The notes below the pieces were generated by a model, which did not search any database, was not told the DNA's origin, and saw only the letters and a list, made by a program, of their open reading frames with translations. This document shows positions 36,598 to 50,106 of a DNA stretch of 64,000 nucleotides, one piece after another (within the stretch, counting starts at the first letter, position 1; each line of letters opens with the position of its first letter). Source of the stretch: Yuukianura sp. NJ FZ-2021 (lineage: Eukaryota); contig CM102287.1 in NCBI GenBank assembly GCA_046563655.1, positions 5,704,001 to 5,768,000 on the forward strand, in the 5' to 3' direction. Made by a program: the position numbers and the translations under genes.

Positions 36598-38436
36598 TCA
36601 ACTCAATAGATGACGCTGCATAGAATTTGGCCAAAATTCGCCACTTGTTGACGTGAACTGCTGTCCAGTAGGAAAGTACTGCTGATATTGCGATTCTTCT
36701 GAACCAGTCGTCACTTGATGACCTTGAAATGTCGCTTGACCTTGATATGCATAAGGATGTGTCTGGTAGTCCAGTTGACTCATGTGGGTTGACAAGTACG
36801 GGTACCAGAAATGACTTGACTCATCTTGTGGTGGTGGATACTGTTGAACAGAATTTGAAACTTCCGCGTCATGGACACAATTGGAATGCTGCTGAAAGTA
36901 CTGGTGACCTGCGCAGTATTCTTCCTGGTTATGGCTAGACAGTGACTGATTGTCCGCGGGAAAAGGAACTCTGCTACCAGCAGCCTCTAGATTGAAAATA
37001 TCCGAAGGCAGAAATGCTTCCGGACTATTGGCAGCATTCGGTACACCTTCGGCAGAGTACTGGTCATGGTAACCATTTGAACTGGCTAGATTAGGTTGAT
37101 GCTTGGACTCATACTCAGCTCTAACAGATGCGAGGTCATGACCTTGAGAATGGTCCTGATTGGAGGAACTCCAGTAAGTGGTGCTGCCAGTGGCAGAGTA
37201 CCATTCGGTGGGATTGTCATAGTGGGTCCAAGATGACTGCGGTGGGTCTGGAGGTGGGACGTTGTGACAGAGACAGTAGTCTTGGTAACACAAGTGGCAT
37301 CGCAAAGGCACAAAGTGCTCACTGGCATGACTGTGACCTTCGTTGACCTCTTCCTTCAACAAGGGCTGAGTACTAACAACTGCTTTTCGACGAGGCTTCA
37401 TCTGCTTCGCTTTTGTGTGAGGCTTCCTCTGTGTCAAAATACAACGAAAAACAAAACTCAAAATTTTGAATAATTCTAAAATTCAATAAAAATGAAATGA
37501 GTTTCTTGAATTTCTTCACAAAAGCTAAGCTAAATCATCATCAATTTAATAGTTTAAAAAAAGTTAGTTAAAAAATTATCTGTGTTAACTTTGTTTTTCA
37601 AATTAAACAGATCTCTATTCCATTTTTTACCTAAAAGTAATTTTCAAATCTGTTCAACAAAAGTTTTTGGAAATGTGAAAGCGGAGCTAAAATTTGCATC
37701 ATCAAAATTTCACAACTCAAAAAAAAAGTTTAAGAAAAATCTTCATGAAAAAATTACCTTTGGTAAAGTTGAACTAGAAAGTGAAAGTGGAAACGATTTT
37801 TTCTGTTTTCTTTTTCCAATTCCAGAAATCGTTTTCCCAGCTTCCAAAGTAACTCTGGCTTCCGGTTTCGGATGATCATGTACTCCTTTGGCCTTGAGAA
37901 AAAACATTTACATTTTTTCATAAAATTTCTTTTATGAAAAACTTGACCTTTGACCTAACCTGAAAAAATATAGCCCTTTCAGTATGTCTCCAGAAATGTG
38001 TCACTGGATAGCCACAATGACCACGACAAGCCAAAATTTCTAAAACTCCGTTGCATGTCGGATTTGGACAAGGTTTGCCCTGTTGTTTTTTCCTCGCTTT
38101 ATCACAAATGGCTGGACGCAGACGCAGCGTCGTTCCAGTGCTGGTCAGTTGACATCGTTTTGAACACACGAGCACTCCCAAACAACTTTTCTTGAGGATA
38201 TGGACATTGTGATTGTTCGTATTGCGCATGGCCCATCCCGAACTGTGTTTTTTGGCACCCTCCGAATCCACTGAGTAGATGTAGCGACAGTGACCATCGG
38301 CCCAGTCCTGGAAGGTGTCCCAGTGACTCACTTGAGGCACATTGGCATCATTGATGTCCCATTCAGCCACGGCCTCATTCGTCCTACTCCGCTGGAACAT
38401 TCTTATGGTGCGGTGACCATGACCTGCTTCACTCAT
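36598..38436 (-). CDS. gcm: Glial cells missing transcription factor
   Basis: Exons 38436-37960, 37892-37758, 37428-36598. GCM domain WDIND...[23 protein letters not shown]...[12 protein letters not shown]...[14 protein letters not shown]...[12 protein letters not shown]. Confidence 0.97.
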
Positions 38437-41400
38437 AACGTAATTCTGCTTTTCTAAAAAGAACAAAGCCTTAAAAATCATTTTGAATTGACATCAAATA
38501 CCGCCAGGGCGTCATTTCGTAATTTCGAGGCTAATCTCATGTCATCACCATTACAATTTCATGGATTCAAAAAACGAGAAACATGATCTTCTCTGGTGAC
38601 GCCCATTGGACAACAAAATGAAATTTTAAAAAATTGAAAAGATTTTTGAAAATTGAAAAGAACCAACCTGCCAAGAGTCCACAGTGGTGGGTGCAGCGGT
38701 AGAATCAAATTACATCATAATCCTCAACCCCTTCTTCCTTATTCACCGAATTCTTAAAACTTACACTCAAAAGTCCGAAAAAATGATGCACGTTTTCGAA
38801 AAAGAAACTTTGGCAGGGTCAAATTTTAAAAACTGAAACTTTGAAACACATTTTAATTTCCAGAGTTAGTTAGTTCCACACTTTTCGAAGTTTCAAACTC
38901 GAATGCTCAGCTTAAACTAAAACTTGATCCAACATGTCACCAACATGTCTGGTCACTAAATTTTTCAGCGCCAAATCCGAAAACGTAATTTTAAAAATTC
39001 ACACTTTTTGAACATTACCGTCACCCAGAAAATGGTTCCTTCTTCTACTAAGATTTTGACTATGACGGTTAGGTATTGACGTTGCTCAGTTCATGAGATT
39101 TACTAAAGATATTTTAAAGCGAGTTGACTTTCACTTTCTGTCTTTTTTTTTTCGTTTTTAGCACGTTTTGACTCAAAAGAAAAGAGAAAGTATTAAGTTT
39201 TAGTTGAAGATGCTGATGCTAATGCTGTTTTAGGTGCTACTGGACTAAGTTCTTGTGTAGTAATGTGACATGATGATGAGAATAGAAGATGCTGATGTCC
39301 GAAGGAAGAGCAGAAGATGCGTTGTGATGCCAGTGCCATGGAAGGGGTGTGTCTACCCATGTTAACCCTTCCTCTTCATCCCTCCTCTGCAAATCCACTT
39401 TCACTATCACTTGCAAAACCAAAAACAAACCAAGCCCAAACCATTTATCCACCAAAATATAGTAGTAGTAGGTGATTAACCTCAATTCAATTTTAATTGC
39501 AAAAATTGCGTAAAACAATCAGAAATTTCAAAAACGGAGTCATAAGATCCAATTCTGCCTCCATTCCTTACCAAGTCCATCATCGACAACTGACACTGTA
39601 CAGCTTTTGCTATTCTCTGAAAATTCAAAATTGAAAATTGGAACTAAAAGCTCAATATTCTTTGTAAGCTGTGCTGAGTTTTATATTTGAATTTTCAAAC
39701 TTTTGATCTCATTTTGTCCAAAACAGTCTTCCAGTTGCAGTCTTCGCTTCTGAACCCAAAACTGGAGGTCATGGATGGGTTATCCATCGTAGTAAGTAGC
39801 CCTAAATAAGCCTAGTTCCAAGGCAAATTAAATCGAGTTTGTCAAGGCGGTAACTTTTTGCAAAACTAAAAAAGTTTTATTAGCTCAAAAACGGAAATTT
39901 TTTTGAAAGGTATCCATATAAGAACAACAAAAGTTTAAAGCAACAGAAACTGATCATTGCCGTCTTTGTTTACAAAGGACAAAATCAAAGGGCTTTTTCA
40001 GTTTTCAGATTTCCGATGGATTTCGGTGGAAGCTTTCACTTTCAATTTTGAAACGGCGAAAGTGCATTTGAGTGGATTGACTTAGCATTCTGTTCAATTG
40101 ATAGAGCAGGATTGTGTGCCAGAGGGTGTATCGTTGGCCACTTGTTTTCTGAAATAGTTCCTACTGGTCATAACTCCTGGATTTGTGACAGGTCTTAATT
40201 TTATTGGAGCAGGAGAAGAGTCGGCAATTAATTGACGTTGTTTTGGACCACACGGGAAGTGTGAATGGCCTCCAGAAACAGAGCCTCATCTCCACTTCAT
40301 GATTAATCTCAAAGATGAATATGCATGAGATGGACTTTTACTCAAGTTAAGTTGTTCTCTTGAATATGATGAAGGGTCTCCCAATACCAAACTAATCACA
40401 GTAGTTTAAAATAAGGAAGATCACTTTTCCCATCCTAACTCCTAGTCTTGCGAGGTCCGATTGTTAAAGAATGAAACGTGACAACCTCTCCATGCAATTT
40501 CAATTTCAATCCAATTCCAACCTTCCAACATCTAAATCATCCCGTCAAACACCTACTCATTAACCCAGTTCTGAGTGGTATCAATCTAACATAACCTATA
40601 GTATAACGTATCCAAAACGCCTCAATTTTCACTATGCAATTAAACAATTTTGGAGAAAAAAAGTTTCTTTTCTCACTCGGGTCTTTCAACCCCCTGCGTT
40701 TGCTGCAGTATTTGCAAAAAAAAATCTTTCAGAACTTTGTCGCTAATTTAACTTTTTTCTAAATTAAAAAACTGAATTTAATTAAAACTTGTAAAAAGTT
40801 TTTAAAAAGGCTTAAAAAGTTCAAAAGGGTTTTTAAAATGTTTATAAACATTTTTGTCTTATAGTTAAAAGGCATAACGCTTGGAACGAGTTAACTAAAA
40901 TGTTAATTCTAAAATGCATTAAAAGCGTATTAAAATTTTTACACGTCGTCGAAATTGGTTGGTTTTCGCTTCGTATTGGTTTGAATTGGCCTTTAAAGTT
41001 TATGTAAGATTTTGGACAGTTAGCTAATTGTTAAGTTTTGTAAAAACTATGTAGATAGGTTGAGAGGTTTAAATTATTTTAATAAGAGGCTCCTCCCACC
41101 TTTCAGGTGAAAAGTCCCAAGTCAATGCGTCATCCCTAGGCAATTACACCTGTTGCAACAAAACCACTTCAAACACATAATTCATTCAGCTCAAACAACT
41201 CCCGTTACGAACTGCGGTAGACAAAGGGCCCCCTGCCCCTTAACGTCAATCCACAACCAAGCTCCAGCGATGTTCTAACGTTTGAAATTGTCCAGTAACC
41301 ACAAGAAAGACTCTAACTTTAGGATTTGTATTGTTTTGATCTAAAATTGTAGAAGTTGAGAATAACTTCCACTGGTTTTGCTTCATTCCAAATTGTGGAT

Positions 41401-42877
41401 TCTACGGTACATGAAGCAACAATTGACAAATTTTGTGTGATTAATGTGATTAGCACGGGTCTATTAGATTCAAAAGTGAAAGATGGAAGGAAGCGATAAG
41501 TGTAAATAGACGTGACATTTACACCGAAAAATGAAACACGGAGCATCCGGAGTAACCGAAACTGAAAAAGATGCGGGAGGAAGTATTACAGTTTAATTCA
41601 TTTGTAATCAACTTCAATCGTTTTTTAGAACATAATTTAATTTCAATTCAACTCATGTATCCTTCAATACACAATTTCAGATGCAGACGAACTGGAACTT
41701 CTAAAAGCGAAAAGACGCACAAAATTTCAAATTTCTTTTGAAAGGCATGAAGATTTTACTAAAAAATAATAAATAGCAATTTTTCTTTTTCTATTTTTTT
41801 TTTTGCACAGAAAGAAAGTTTTTGATTTTTTGGACGCTCTGACACCGCAATTTCACGGAAGCGTCGGATTTTTTACCCCGAATTTTTCAGGATTGGCAAA
41901 CATCAGCTCCATAAAAGTTGGATTAACACAGACACCGAGGGGATGATGAAGGAATTAGCGGGTATTAGGACATAGGTCAGAGATCTCCATGCTCCCAATG
42001 CTTACTGCTGGGACTGACACTATCTCTGTAAGGTCCCTTTGTTGGAGAGACTTCAAGTCCGGACCTCAGCAGGATTCCTATCTGTGTGTGCTAATTGAGG
42101 CCAACTAAAACGTAAGTCCCCTCCTCTCTGTAGTAATTTGTTTGACCAAAGATAGAGATCAGAGACGGTTTTGCTTGGGAAAAGTTCCCAACTGTTCCTG
42201 GCATGGGCAGATGATCTTTTTAAACTTGTTCCTCCGCTGGATGGATCCAATGAGGATGGAAATTATTCTGGAGATGCTGCTGTTCAAACAAAAGAGAGAC
42301 TTGAGGGATGTAAAGAGCCCTTTGAGTCCTTGGAACTGATATTCTGGATTCTGGAAATGACAAAGAAAGGCCCAATTACCCAATTTTACTGTCGACTGAG
42401 TCCAGAAAGGAGACGAGGACAAACAAACGGAGTTGCGGAGTTCACAAGACTTTCTCTTTTCAAACTCACCTCCCTACGCTAATCTTCCACTTTCACTCTG
42501 CTTTCTTCCAGACTTATCCAAATAGGAAACAATGAAAAGCAACTTTGAGCTTTCAACTTGTGTAATCAACTTGTGTAAAAAGATCAAAACGGAAAACGCT
42601 TCCAAAACTTAACTTTTTTTTTCTCAAAATAGAGTTTGATATTCTTGAAAAACTTAGTTAACTGTTAACTGTTAACCAATGCTCAACTAAACCCCAATTC
42701 CTGTTTTTTTTTTTAAAAATCCAAATTCTTTGGCAAATATCGTAATGGTTTGACATGTCAATTCCAGAATCAGGGTAGTACTAGTGTAATTAGCTTGAAA
42801 CGTTCTAACTAAAGTAAAAAGGAAGAAGAAAAAAATTGTCGAAAAAGTTGTCAAAAAACTTTTTTTCTGGATTCGAA

Positions 42878-43475
42878 AAAGGAGAAGGGCCAAAACCCTA
42901 TCAAAAGTCTGGTTGGTGGTAATCGAACGAAATTTTTACCACATGTTAAGATCAATATTAATATCATTTTTGCAAATTTTCAGCCCCCTAGAAACGAAGG
43001 GTCACAGGTCACGGGAGGTCAAAGGTCACCATGTCATTCCATGACAACCCCATACAAGTAGCATATCATTGGAAAGCCCTTGATGTGCTGATTCATAAAA
43101 TGTATACATGTTGCTATCTACGATGTTAACCAACACAGTTATGGCGACCTAAAGTATGAATCACGTGTTCCATCCGAGTTTCACTCGACGACTGCCACAC
43201 GCGTCATGCTGTAGCTCTGTTGTTCAACGTCGTAGATAGCAACATGTATGCATTTTATGAATCAGCACATCAAGGGCTTTCCAATGATATGCTACTTGTA
43301 TGGGGTTGTCATGGAATGACATGGTGACCTTTGACCCCCCGTGACCTGTGACCCTTCGTTTCTAGGGGGCTGAAAATTTGCAAAAATGATCCTAATATTG
43401 ATCTTAACATGTGGTAAAAATTTCGTTCGATTACCACCAACCAGACTTTTGATAGGGTTTTGGCCCTTCTCCTTT
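42878..43475. mobile_element. About 600-bp palindromic (foldback/MITE) element
   Basis: About 265-bp near-perfect inverted arms from aaaggagaagggccaaaaccctatc to gatagggttttggcccttctccttt, with a spacer of about 65 bp. Confidence 0.82.
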
Positions 43476-44386
43476 CCAGGCCTAGTTTCAAGGGTTCAAA
43501 AATTTTTTTGGTTCATTCTACGTTTCCGCAGTGTAACAACAAGTTCTAAGCGGGTTTGGGCAAAAAAAAGCTAATTTTTTTTTCTTGATGTAAGGCCTCC
43601 CCGTTCCCTTCATTTCCGAAAAACTTAAAAAGCCAAAGTCAAATTAGCATGCAAAGGGGACACTTCAGAAGTCGACCCGGAGCGGGGAGCGGGAGTGGCG
43701 TGTGGGACCGGGGATTGAAGGATCGGGAATGTAGCAAAAGTGCCGAGCTATGTTACATGGAGAGCAGAGAGTAATACAAGTTTCATCTTGTCTCGTCTCT
43801 CGTGCTCGTGCTCCATTGCTCATCTTGTTTTTAGTTTTTTTTTTCGCATTTTTTGTCAATTTACTTAATTTAATTATCGTCTAATTCGAGAGTACTAATA
43901 CGAAGTCCGGTCGTACAACACTTAACCTTAAGTAGCCTCTGTCGTCTGGTGGTTGTGGCTATTTGTGAAACGGTGAGTCGGGCTGCGAAATTAAATAATG
44001 TCAGTTATAAAAGTATGTCTTCTTGACTCTTGAGTCATTTTAATTGCTGGGTTGTTGTGGAACGACTCTCTGTTTGATCGGACCGGCACCGGAGACTGAG
44101 TGTCCTCGTCCTCTATTCAATTCCAAATTCTAACGCTTATAATTACAAACGAATCGATAAATTCAAAGTTAGAGTTAACCGATGATCAACTGTATTTTGA
44201 TTTACAGAAATGAACACACGAAAACTTCAAGCCAATTGGAATTGCAATAAGGAATCTCTTTAACAGGGCAAGTGCTCAAGTCCTACCGTGTCCCGTGTCC
44301 ATTGCTCGAGCGCGAGCACTTATCCCGATTAATCATTTCCTTAGAGGTTCGTCACATTTACGTTAAAGTTTATGCGCTGTTTACTT

Positions 44387-46085
44387 GGCTGAGTTGCAGT
44401 TTTGTTCTGAAGCCTCCGTGGCGGCTGTCGGCTGTCGGCTGTCGGCTGGCGGCTGTCGGCTGGCGGCTGTCGGCTGTCGGCTGGCGGCTGTCGGCGGCGG
44501 CTGGTGGCTAAATTTTCAAAATTTTGAAATTTTGAAAGAATTTTGAAATTTTGAATTTTTTTTTGAAATTTTGAAATTTTTTTTGAAATTTTGAAATTTT
44601 TTTGAAATTTTAAAATTTTTTTGAAATTTTGAAATTTTTTTTGAAATTTTGAACTTTTTTTGAAATTTTGAAATTTTTTTGAAATTTTGATTTTTTTTGA
44701 AATTTTGATTTTTTTTTGAAATTTTGAAATTTTTTTGAAATTTCGAATTTTTTTTGAAATTTTGAACTTTTTTTTTAATTTAGAATTTTTTGGAGCCTCC
44801 GTGGCGGCTGTCGGCTGTCGGCTGTCGGCGGCGGCTGTCGGCTGTCGGCTGTCGGCGGCGGCTGTCGGCTGTCGGCTGTCGGCTGTCGGCTGGCGGCTGT
44901 CGGCTGTCGGCGGCGGCTGGTGGCTAAATTTTGAAAATTTTGAAATTTTGAAAGAATTTTGAAATTTTGAAAGAATTTTGAAATTTTGAAAGAATTTTGA
45001 AATTTTGAAATTTTTTTGAAATTTTGAAAGAATTTTGAAATTTTGAAAGAATTTTGAAATTTTGAACTTTTTTTGAAATTTTGAAATTTTTTTGAAATTT
45101 TGATTTTTTTTTGAAATTTTGATTTTTTTTTGAAATTTCGAAATTTTTTTGAAATTTTGAAATTTTTTTGAAATTTCGAATTTTTTTTGAAATTTTGAAC
45201 TTTTTTTTTTAGAAATTTCGAATTTTTTTTGAAATTTTGAACTTTTTTTTTAATTTAGAATTTTTTGGAGCCTCCGTGGCGGCTGTCGGCTGTCGGCGGC
45301 GGCTGTCGGCTGTCGGCTGTCGGCGGCGGCTGTCGGCTGTCGGCGGCGGCTGTCGGCTGTCGGCGGCGGCTGTCGGCTGTCGGCGGCGGCTGTCGGCTGT
45401 CGGCGGCGGCTGTCGGCTGTCGGCTGTCGGCGGCGGCTGTCGGCTGTCGGCTGGATATATAGTCTTTAGGTTAGGTTAGTTAACCTTAGGTTAGTTAACT
45501 AACTGGTAAAAGTGCAGAGTAACTGGTAAGTTCCGATTTGCATGAAAAATTTTTTCTAGACTAATTTGAAGGTGCTGAACACGAATATGATAAAAAATTT
45601 TTACCAACCACTTTTTCAAATTTTTTGAAAATTTAAAAAAAAAATTTTTTTTGAATGGGTTTTCGCCTCCGATATGCGTAAAAAGTATTATAAACTCAGT
45701 AACCTAGACTAAACCTACCAATGGAATCACTATTGTCAACTTAACCAAACCTAACACCGCGCCTTCGGCGCGGGAAATTGAAAGTCATTTCGTTATTTGA
45801 GGAGTCAGCCTAAATTTGATTCCAGATTCGAGTTCAGCAACCCGAAATTAGTCTGGGAAATAAATTTCATGCAAATCGGAACTTACCAATTACTCTGCAC
45901 TTTTACCAGTTAACTAACCTAAGGTTAACTAACCTAACCTAAAAAGTATATATCCAGCCGACAGCCGACAGCCGCCGCCGACAGCCGACAGCCGCCAGCC
46001 GACAGCCGACAGCCGACAGCCGACAGCCGACAGCCGACAGCCGACAGCCGCCACGGAGGCTTCAGAACAAAACTGCAACTCAGCC
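44387..46085. mobile_element. Foldback-type non-autonomous DNA transposon with satellite-containing TIRs (Merlin- or MULE-like termini)
   Basis: TIR GGCTGAGTTGCAGTTTTGTTCTGAAGCCTCCGTGGCGGCTGTC at both ends. 8-bp TSD GTTTACTT at 44379-44386 and 46086-46093. Inner inverted arms at about 45450-45547 and 45864-45959. Confidence 0.88.
44412..45452 (+). repeat. Composite minisatellite: three (GGCTGTC/GGC)n blocks alternating with two (TTTTGAAAT)n blocks
   Basis: GC blocks at about 44420-44507, 44800-44925 and 45277-45452; AT blocks at about 44510-44790 and 44927-45267. An inverted (GACAGCC)n block lies at 45955-46052. Confidence 0.93.
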
Positions 46086-46407
46086 GTTTACTTTGTCTTT
46101 TGACATATTTTCAAATGTTTTTTTTTTGTTTCGTTCGTTTTTAGTATTTTCTTTAGACTCCAACCCCAATACTGGAAAGTGGAAACTGGTGCTGCTGCTG
46201 TACGAACCGTTACGGTAAGGCAAGTTGTGTTGAAGTCTAGTCGTGTGCAGAGCGTAACTGTTCTGTTCACCATCACCACTGATATTTTCAATTTTCTGCT
46301 ACACTTGAAACATAGTTGTAGAATACAGAATTTAGAAGTTAACGCTAGTAATTTGTTACTTTATTTAACAGGATCTGGTCTGGATCTGGAAGTGAGTCGG
46401 ATGAAAA

Positions 46408-48252
46408 ATGGATTCCAATAACGTTGAAGAGAGTACGGATTGTGAACAGACCGAACGCCACGACAGAACACCACACACCGAGGATATGAATATAAACATA
46501 GCGATTGAGACTGGTCCAACTCCAAATACTAGACCCCGCAAAAGGCGGTCAAATGATGATGATGACCTACCCCGTGAGCTTCGAATACTTCTAAGACATT
46601 ACGTTTGCTTTAGAATCTTGTCACCGCACACCTTTTTTTAAGCTCATAATACGGACTGTGATTGCTCGACCTCGGATGGTGACTACGATTCCAACACTTT
46701 CGAAAACGAGGCAAAAAGACTGAGAACGGACGATGACGCACATCCAGCTCCAACAGAAGTGACCCGCATAGATCCTCCTAGAGAACAAGACGAAGGACTT
46801 CGACGAAGTATCGAAGACTTCTGCCGTGAACAAGCTGTAAATGCTTTTGAGGCTTATACCAGAGGAGGTAATTCTTGAAATCTAATATTGTACATGTATT
46901 TTTAGCATAATATTGACTTCGAATCAGAGGACCACAATTTTCTATTTTTTGATTTCTACGAAGCAACTAGATCATAGCAACAGCCTCTCTTTATTCTCAA
47001 GTCCATTATTCTTATTTTTAATAGACCCGGTTCCAGCAAGCAGGCTCCTGCAATTGCGACTGAATGATGGAGATCCTCCAATACCAGCTGACGTCGCCGT
47101 TGCAGATGTACTCGCAAGAATGTCAGACAGGCATCTGGACGAAGTCTATGTATCGGATTCCTCTTCCTCGTTCATCTTGTCTGAAGACATGAACTTCACT
47201 CGTCTGCCTACACGACCACGCTTATGGAATGATAACCCACAATTCTACGAATTTGAGGTGGGCTCGGTTTCTCCGTCGTTGGAGAATCCAAATCCAATTG
47301 AAGACATGACGACTTCCACTGATGATGAGGTAATGAGGTTACGAAACGATACAGTACATATAATACACTATGCATGCCTGTTGTTTCTAATGATCTGTTC
47401 ATAGGATAATAGCTCATATCTTCGATAATCTAGGCTGCTGGAGCTGTGTTGGTCCAAACTTCTTCCTCTTCAGATTGGTCCGCTAAAGGTGAAGCGGAGC
47501 GTGGAAATTTTGCAGATTCGTCGGACTCAGAATCTGATGCAATTTCTAAAAAGAGTGGACTGTCTACCGATTCTGAGCTCTCGGATCAAGATAAGTGGTT
47601 CTGTACTCAATGTAATGCCAAGACAAACGTTCCTTACTTCCGATACTGCCTACGGTGTTTCAATGTAAGTCAGCTCACCAATACCGAAACTTTCACGACT
47701 TGCGTAACTCAAACTAAAGTTGTTTCGTCCTTCTGTTTGATTCAGCTTCGTCGAAACTGGTTACCGCCCCGTCCCAAATTAAGAGGAAAAGCTCGCCCGC
47801 CAATCAAAGCTCACCGCCAACGACTTCGAGCCTTGTACACTTATCCGCCTGTTGAAGAAGAGCCAGGCTCCATTCCATGTTCAACCCCAGATGAAGAACG
47901 TGCAAGTACACACTCATCTAATCTTGTGAGATCCAACTCCACTGAATCATCAAGTTCGCCGGTATCCAATTCTGGAGCTACAGAAAATGTACCAGGACCC
48001 AGTCGTGATCTGTCAGTCAAGTTACAGTCGGCATTGGATGCTCCACCGGTTTCTGTGTCTGCAGCAACTGATGCTCGTGACGAGCCGCTTTGTATCATCT
48101 GTATGGGCCGGGAGAAGAATGCTGGCTTTGTCCATGGCAAAACTGCTCACTTTTGTTGCTGCTATCAATGTGGTGATAAAATTCTGAAGAAAGCTGGAAA
48201 GTGTCCAGTTTGCCGTAAGCGGATTCTTCGGGTTGTTAAGATAATCAGTTAA
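46408..48252 (+). CDS. MDM2: MDM2/MDM4-like E3 ligase (acidic region, RanBP2-type zinc finger, C2H2C4 RING)
   Basis: Exons 46408-46573, 46643-46868, 47025-47329, 47434-47664, 47746-48252. FYEFEVGSVS, DKWFCTQCNAKTNVPYFRYCLRCFNLRRNWLP, and RING CIICMGREKNAGFVHGKTAHFCCCYQCG...CPVCR at the extreme C-terminus. Confidence 0.88.
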
Positions 48253-48626
48253 AGAACTTGGCAGTGGAGCTTATAATATCATTCAATTAGTCTTGCTAAC
48301 TTATTGGTGTTATTATTATAGTTATTCCTTCCTTCAACTCTGTTTGTTATGTTGGTCACTGGTCACTTGATGAACTTTGTATTGTACTTTAGGCACGATA
48401 CAAAATCTTTACAGATTCTCTTGGTTATACTACTGTGAGAGTGACCATGACCAGCGTGCAATAAAAATTATTTATTTCGTAACGATTTAAAACTAAGCAA
48501 AAACAATACTTTCGGATGGGGAAGGGTACCAATACTGAAGTTAATTTAAATTCAATCCATTCTCGAAGTATCAAAGTTCATCTTCCCCAGTAGCTTATCA
48601 ACAACTAAAAGTTCATTTTAACATGC

Positions 48627-50106
48627 TCATTTTGATACCGAGTTCTGAGTCCAGGGACGTAGCATAACGTTATAATCCAGTTTGAAGTTCAGCCAGGCGG
48701 GGGCACCACGTCCAGCAAAGAAATCGAAAACGTCTTGCTGAGGCTCTGGCTTAGCAACTGGAACTGGATTTGGTTTTGGTTCTTCAAAGCCCGTGAGTTG
48801 TCCATTGGCTGTTTGGCCAAACAGCATGGCCAGTGACAAGTTTCGAGGAAACGATTGAGTTTCTTGCTGGTTGAGTTGCAGATGCTGCGGAGTGTTGTCC
48901 AAGTTTTCAAAATCCAGTTTTCGTTTGACAAGTTGAAGATTTGGTGGCGTTTGTAAAAGCGGATGACCCTTGAAATTAGCACCGCTGGACATCTTAGGTT
49001 TCACCTTCTTTGGTGACGGTGATTGGAACATTGCAAACGTTGGTTTCACAGGATAGTCACCAGCTCTATCCACGTTTGTTCTGCCGTAATTATCGCTGGC
49101 TTTGAAGTTACGGATATGATTCGTCCCGTCTAATTTGTCAGCAATCCATCGCTTCAAGCGTCTAGAACAAAATTGAGAAGTTTAGTTTGATTTAATTGAT
49201 TGCATCGTAAATTCTGACTTACTTGACAAAGGCAAAGGCAGTGTAAAAGTGTGCATTTGAGTAAATTCTGTTCGGGTAGACACTTGGATCCTTGCGATGC
49301 TCTGGAAGCTCGGCGACAGGGAACCAGCTGATTTCTTTGATTTCATAAGCAGTCCGAGGACGAAAAGAAAAGTGACGGTGGACACCGACAATAATATACA
49401 GTCTTGTAACTCTTTCGTTTTGTGAAGATTCAATGTAATGATCTTTGTTGATGAGATGTTTGATATCGTAACCCGTTTCCTCTAGGACCTCACGAATGGC
49501 ACATGCTACTTCATCCTCGTCCTTGTTGATCTTCCCCTTGGGGAACCCCCATTGGTTTCTAAATCCTTGAACCAACAGAACTTCTTGCATATCAGTCGTG
49601 AGTAAAATGGCTCCATATACGGGAACCTTATTTTTGTAGGCTCTGAAATCAGCAACTGCTTGTTCAACCTTATCCAAGTGACCGGACAAGTGAGGCGTCA
49701 ACTGAAAAGGAGAGGAAAAACTTTAGTAACATATAAAGGGAATGTTTCAAACCTTTGATGGCAAAATTGTTACATTGTTACCTCAAACATTTGGAAAGCG
49801 AAAATATCAAAAGGGATATGCGTAAGATGGTCGAGTTCTGATCCTGGCTGACAGTAGTTATCGACAAAGTACCAATGAGCGAGTTCAATTTGAAAGCAAA
49901 TCCGAACCAGTTCGGCTCGCTCATCTTCCGAAATGTTTCCAGTGAATCGACTAATGAAATAATACAAAACAACATTAGTATAATTACTCAATACTTGTTT
50001 CACTACTATCGTTAATATAATGTTGAAAATTATACCTGACAAGTTCTACAAGTACTTTTCGTGGAATCGCATATCCCAGCGCAACAATATCCTTCGATAA
50101 AGTCAT
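48627..50106 (-). CDS. DCP2: mRNA decapping enzyme 2
   Basis: Exons 50106-50036, 49950-49782, 49701-49223, 49161-48627. Box A (LVSRF...RICFQIELAHWYFVD), YKNKVPVYGAILL, Nudix box WGFPKGKINKDEDEVACAIREVLEETG. Confidence 0.96.

Noticed and set aside
41571..41578. GCM autoregulatory site ATGCGGGA upstream of gcm
   Set aside because: A single 7/8 match to the consensus; expected by chance.
44272..45479. ORFs with RLSAVGC repeats, and a possible CRISPR-like array
   Set aside because: These are translations of a 7-bp microsatellite inside a TE. There are no unique spacers and the context is eukaryotic.
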